From: Styela clava
Lineage: Eukaryota
Assembly: GCF_964204865.1 (NCBI RefSeq)
Contig: NC_135254.1
Location: 21,382,199-21,446,198 of the forward strand
Length of the DNA: 64,000 bases
Reading direction: 5' to 3'
The translations under genes were made by a program, and so were the position numbers. The notes under the pieces were generated by a model, which was given only the letters and a program-made list of their open reading frames with translations, ran no database searches and had not been told where the DNA came from. Positions 59,060-64,000 of this stretch are shown one piece after another. How positions within the stretch are numbered: position 1 is the first letter of the stretch; each line of letters begins with the position of its first letter.

Positions 59060-59879
59060 CCCCTGTTCTGGACCGATAGTACGGATTTGAATCGCAGGCG
59101 AACCACTGAAGCGTGAATATGTGGTCTGCTAGACCGGTTCCAGCGGGCATGTAATCAGGCCTATAGTCTCTTTCGTTGCTATAACGACTAGCTCGGATGG
59201 AGAGGGTACTTAAATATCGTTGTAAATTTGTGAAAGGCTATCTACTCAAAATCATCGGATATAACGGCTCAGCACCATACGATGGCGATGTGCTCGTTAG
59301 GGTGATTGGAATAAATAGATCGTACAGGCACTTTATTTTTAATGACGCGGTTCTGTCTGAGTTCCTGAGTTCGAAACGATTGTCCAAAGATGTTTATTGT
59401 TGAGTCAAAATAGTAGTCAAATAATGATGAAATAGTTAACAAACAGTAATCCGGTAAAATACAGTGCTATTACACAGGAAGGACCAATAATAACTATATG
59501 AAACAGGAAAATAGAATTATATGATGTAAATTTAAACTACGCCTAATTAATAATACCAAAGGCCCCCCGATTGATTAAGATACAAATTTATACGTCCTAC
59601 CTCCAAGCGGCTCACACCGAAAGAGATCCCGCCAACACCAAAATGGTCAGGGTTCAATGCCCTAAGTTACTGTTGCCAGTTCAGTTACAATAATAGCGGT
59701 CACCTTTTAGAATCATGGCCGCTACATGGCTCCCCAAATCAGTTCCTCTCGTATGGAAGTACAAGGGGGACTGATTTCTACTCAATAAAAACAAACAAGA
59801 ACCAACAGTGAAAACCAAAGTGAAGCTTCGCCGCCGGTGCACCAATAAGCATTTCAAATTGAATAACGTCGAACATAAC

Positions 59880-60040
59880 GATTGGCTCCACCGTCGGGGA
59901 AACCCCACAAACAAGTAACAACAAGCGAAAATGAAAAAACACTTTATGAAGTTATAAAGGTTACAAAACGATTGGATCCACCGTCGGGGAAACCCAAATA
60001 CAAGAAAAACAAAAATCACTTTATAAAATTACAAAGGTAT
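59880..60040. repeat. tandem duplication of an about 80-bp unit (GATTGG.TCCACCGTCGGGGAAACCC...), probably in LTR/UTR of the adjacent retrotransposon
   Basis: Two adjacent near-identical units. ORF 59681..60019 (-) shows the corresponding repeated FPRRW peptide, a frame artefact of the duplication. Confidence 0.6.
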
Positions 60041-60447
60041 CAAATTGTGAGAAAAGTTGTAAACTCGTCAATTACGTTCAATAAAAACATACAAAACATA
60101 TGCAAATAGCAAAACACTAACACAATAAGAACGTAGGCTAGTGATAAAATTAATCAACTACTAACACAGTAAAAAAGTAAAATTAAATTACTGACACAAT
60201 AAAGGTGTAATGCAATCAATCCTCTACAGACCTGGAACCCTCATTGGCAATTAAAAGAACAAGCTTGTGTACAGGCCGGTCTAAATAAGCTGTGACCCCA
60301 ACCCGCTTACCATTGGTTGTTAACAAACTTGTGGCAAGCTGAAGTCTTACTTTACGTACTAGCCCATCACCACTGGGGAAAACCTCAACAACCTTTCCTA
60401 ATTTCCATGAATTTCTAGGAGACCCATCCTCAATAACATGGACAACA

Positions 60448-61104
60448 TCACCCAGAGCAAGATTTCTCTTTGGAAAGACCCATTTCTGTCTTTCTTGCAA
60501 AAGGTGAAGACATTCTCGTCGGTACCTGTACTAAAATAAATTCATTAACAAGATATTGTACACGTCTCCATCGATTTAAAAGATACTGATCAGACTTTTG
60601 GAAATTACCTGGAGGTGGCAACAAAACCTTGGGCTTGAGTGTTAAAATGTGGTTAGGAGTCAGTGGCTCAGGTGCCAGAGGATCACTCAAATTAGCAACC
60701 GCCAATGGTTTCGAATTACCAACCTGATCGGCCTCCACTAACACAGTGCGAAATGATTCTTCGCATAATATGTGACCAAACTGTAAAAACAGGGGCTCCA
60801 AGGCAGAACGAACAGTTCGTATCTGCCTTTCAGCAAAACCCTGCATATGACTCGAATTTGGCACCCCAAATTTGAAATCCACCCAGTCACATTCACCCTG
60901 TAAGAGAAAATTTTTGATCTTGACTTGATCAAATTTCTTATAAGCCTTTCTTAATTCGTTACTTGCACCAATGAAAGTGCTACCCCAATCACAGCGTAGC
61001 TGTTTCACATGGCCTTTTCGAGCAGTGAACCTACGCAAAGCATTGATAAAAGAGTCTGTGCTCATAGAATTCAGAGATTCCAGATGTAGGGGAAAGTGGG
61101 GCAC
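60448..61104 (-). pseudogene. integrase catalytic core (rve-like) of BEL/Pao pol
   Basis: ..LRCDWGSTF...DQVKIKNF..GECDW.. pattern. It follows the HHCC finger ORF 62235..62624 on the same strand. Confidence 0.55.
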
Positions 61105-62713
61105 GTTGGGACATGGGGCACAGTGGAAAATCAGCTCTCACACTGATACTATATCCGCAATCCTGTCCGCGGTTCGATGTTTCAATCCGCCCTTTGGTGA
61201 GTTACAACGTCCCCGCGAACAGACAACGGAAGGGTAGTGCGGCGCAAGCTATGAAGTGAAATTGGTTTTGGAAGGTTGAAACTAAAATTTCACCGTTCCA
61301 GTTTTTTCTCTTTTCGACATTGGACTTTCCAACATGACAAACCACCGTCTGATATTTTTCAGCTTTAGTCCACTGTAGAATATTCATAACGTTGGCGAGT
61401 GGATGTGCCTTCCAGATTTCGCTGTGGGATAGTCTGAAAATATTTGTTGCCTATGAGGAACAATGGACCGGGGCACAGTGGGACTTGCCCTACAGTGCAC
61501 AATTCGACATTGTTTGATACAATAAGTGCTTAGAGACCTAGATATGCGGTATATTAGGTGTAATATTATGGTTTCTTTTGACCCATGGCCCAATATGGAA
61601 TATATTCGAGAATCAATAATATTTCCAGATTTAGATTCGAGGGAAGAAATAATCAAATTTGTTTGCGAAACTTTTTGTCTGATATCTGAACTATTTCAGT
61701 TGAACATTGATTTTAAAAATATTAAAGCTTCAAATTTGAAGTCTCCCTGTTCTTTAGACGATTATGCTGATTAATTGCTTATTTTTAAGGGCATACTTCG
61801 TTGAATTTTGACGGACTGACCCATGGGGCCCCAGGGTCTGTCCGAATGTGCCCCACAAGTGGGGTACAGTGGGACACTTGACAGACGTTTTTCAAAGCAT
61901 TTTGGTAGTAAGATGTGTGTCGCAAGAAAATTTCTTATTCGCTGAATGTAAACTACATTTACATTACCATGCATTAGTCCCGCCAACTTAAGGGAATATG
62001 CAGAATTAAAGGCTCAAAATATGCAAAAGAAAAAAAGTCTCCCAACCTTCCCCACTTTCCCCTACAGCTCGTGATGACAAGCAAATGAATAAAATTACCC
62101 ATCGTTTCAACATGGACTTTTTTTCTTTAATAAAAAAATGCCCAAAGATATTCATGCCACAATATGTGAAAGGACTGTCCAAATCAAACCTATCTTTTGG
62201 CAGGTCAGCCATCTTCTGGCCATGTGGGCTACTTCTATTTTTTTTTACAAGAAACACAAGCATGTATTTGCTGAGAAACAGCAGAAGTGCCTTCCAAAAT
62301 CCAATTACCAGATTGCCATATAACATTTAGAGTCATATAACGACCCATGTGGCCACCACGGACATGAAAATGGTGAATAATAATACTTGTGACATGACCT
62401 TTTCTAGGCAAGACAACAGGGTGTTTTACCTTAAACTCCTCTTGAGAGTTTCGAATTCGTCCCCCAACTCTGACAATGCCAGAGTTATCAAGGAAGGGGT
62501 CTAATCTTAAAAACCGGTTTTTAAATGAGACTTGCTCTGAGCAATCAGAATTCTTTCGTACACTTAGATCTTCACTAAAATATGAACGCTGAAGGGAAAT
62601 ATAATTAAATTTTCCGCCTGGCACAAGTCATCAGAAGTAACTTTCTGAAAGGCATATTTAGGATTCTTGAGCAAATCCTTGTTCCTGTTAGTACAGTTAG
62701 TAGTAGGTACCTG

Positions 62714-63595
62714 TTAGTAGTTAATACAGTTTGCAACTGCACGTTTTGCTTTAAACTGAGATGAGAAAACATTAAGTCTATAGATATCAAAATCTTTGCC
62801 AGAACAGTCAGCTTTGAAGGCGATGGTGCGATGCACAGAGCATCCCTTCATCTCCTTCTGCACTTCTAAAATTACTTCATCATTCTGTTCAGACTTTACT
62901 AGTGGAGGAACAAATTTTCCTTCACACCACAAAAACTCTGGCCCGTTCAACCACCTACAACCAGCATTTAGCTGGTCTGCTTGCAAGCCTCGACTCGCAT
63001 CATCACTTGGGTTTGCCTCGGTAGGTACATGATGCCAGGATGATGGACTAGAAAAATTATGGATAGTTTGCACCCTATTAGCCACAAAAACATTGAAACG
63101 TTCGCTCTCATTTTGTATATACCCCAATACCACCATACTATCGACCCAGAAAAACTCTGTGGCGTTTTTCAATTTTAGTTCAGTTTTAACCAAATTACTT
63201 ATTCTGGCAGACACCACTACTGCAGTTATTTCCAACCTGGGAATTGTACCATGTTTCAACGGAGCAACTCTGGCCTTACCAATTACAAGGGCACAATGTG
63301 CTTTGCCACAATCATTAACCAGACGTAAGTATGTACACTGGCCATAACCACTTTCAGAGGCATCAGAAAAGTGATGCAGTTCCACATGCTTGACATTACC
63401 AAAATTTACCGGCTTATAGCAACGATCTACTTTCAAATTCACCAAATGACAAAGATCCCTTTGCCATTTTTCCCATTTAACCCTGAAAATCTCAGGAATG
63501 GGTTCGTCCCAGTCATAACAATCCTTGCACAAGGCTTGGAGGATTTTCTTACCCTCGAGAATGGCTGGCAGCGAAATAAACCAGCACTCGAACAC
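62714..63595 (-). pseudogene. RNase H / connection domain of BEL/Pao pol
   Basis: DASESGYG...Y.R motif and BEL-characteristic downstream block. Confidence 0.6.
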
Positions 63596-63997
63596 AAATT
63601 TGTGCTATTTTTTATCAACTCAATAGCTTCCTCTGCATTTGGCTTTAAAGTCAGACCATCATCAACGTAAAATTCATTACGAATGAAGTCTGCTGCTTCC
63701 TCACCAAAGGAAGACTCACCATCATCTGCAGCATGCTTTAACCCGAAACTTGCACAGCCAGGTGATGAAATTGCACCAATTAGGTGAATTTTCAATTTGT
63801 AATGGCATAAGTACAGTCATATCACTATTATACCACCATAAAAAACGTAACAGATCACGGTGCGGTTCATCAACTAAAAATTGATGAAAAAATGCTTCAA
63901 TATCACACTTCACAGCCACTCTCTCCATACGAAATCTGAGCAAAATACCCAAAAGACTGTTCATCTGGTCAGGCCCATGAAGCAAATAATCATTCAA
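63439..63997 (-). pseudogene. reverse transcriptase fragments of BEL/Pao element
   Basis: The FYVDD motif is present. Two overlapping ORFs in different frames indicate a frameshift. Confidence 0.65.
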
Positions 63998-64000
63998 ACA

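Larger units (their letters stand above)
60216..64000 (-). mobile_element. BEL/Pao-type LTR retrotransposon, degenerate pol region (RT, RNase H, integrase); continues beyond window end
   Basis: Minus-strand ORF fragments are in retroelement order. RT with FYVDDG and ..LLHGPDQMNSLLGILLRFR.. lies at 63439..63997. The RNase H/connection region with DASESGYG and BEL-like ..WHHVPTEANP.DDASRG lies at 62714..63595. The integrase HHCC zinc finger (HHFHVRGGH...C.SC) lies at 62235..62624. The integrase catalytic core lies at 60448..61104 and the integrase C-terminus at 60216..60500. Several frameshifts and stops are present. Confidence 0.75.

Noticed and set aside
59681-60019. 112-aa minus-strand ORF with duplicated FPRRW.QS.C peptide
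   Set aside because: The internal peptide repeat comes from the about 80-bp tandem DNA duplication at 59880..60040 read in an open frame. It lies in the presumptive LTR/3' region of the BEL/Pao element.
1-64000. Prokaryotic operon / defence-island interpretation of the window
   Set aside because: Canonical GT-AG introns conserved between paralogues, tRNA-SINEs, LINE and LTR-retrotransposon remnants, hAT elements with 8-bp TSDs, and low coding density all indicate a metazoan nuclear genome. The interesting locus here is a eukaryotic multi-domain PARP pair.

Overview
This is a eukaryotic (metazoan-type) window: about 35% GC and full of interspersed repeats. Four copies of a tRNA-derived SINE are present, along with a LINE reverse-transcriptase fragment and a degenerate BEL/Pao-type LTR retrotransposon. 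Many hAT-superfamily elements occur (5'-CAGTG/CAGGG termini, 8-bp target-site duplications), and spliceosomal introns with GT..AG boundaries are evident. It is not a prokaryotic locus. The M residues the ORF track places at 33276 and 45061 are TTG codons lying directly behind splice acceptors, not real start codons. The main result is a tandem pair of same-strand paralogous genes at about 31.0-40.1 kb and 43.1-50.8 kb. Each has four short 5' exons encoding a pleckstrin-homology (PH)-like domain, then an uninterrupted exon of about 6 kb. That exon encodes BRCT, a PARP helical regulatory domain, a PARP ADP-ribosyltransferase domain with an intact H-Y-E triad, a VIT domain, a vWA domain (DxSxS MIDAS motif), a long divergent tail, and a conserved C-terminal module. 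This is a vault-PARP (PARP4)-like architecture with an extra N-terminal PH domain. The two copies are strongly mosaic. The VIT-vWA core (about 2 kb) and part of the catalytic domain are about 97-98% identical at nucleotide level. The BRCT/N-terminal and C-terminal regions are much more diverged, which suggests gene conversion. Gene A carries about ten tandem 90-bp repeats encoding a polyproline/SLFGS module and a 3' intron, both absent from gene B. The rest of the window is transposon landscape. It holds a hAT-bounded 5.35-kb composite with a perfect 8-bp TSD, carrying a nested long-TIR element with two ORFs of a non-hAT transposase-like protein. There is a hAT transposase pseudogene flanked by TIRs, several non-autonomous hAT elements with perfect TSDs, a foldback-MITE family, and a complex inverted/tandem repeat cluster carrying short TTAGGG runs. 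No rRNA genes, bona fide tRNA genes or CRISPR arrays were found.
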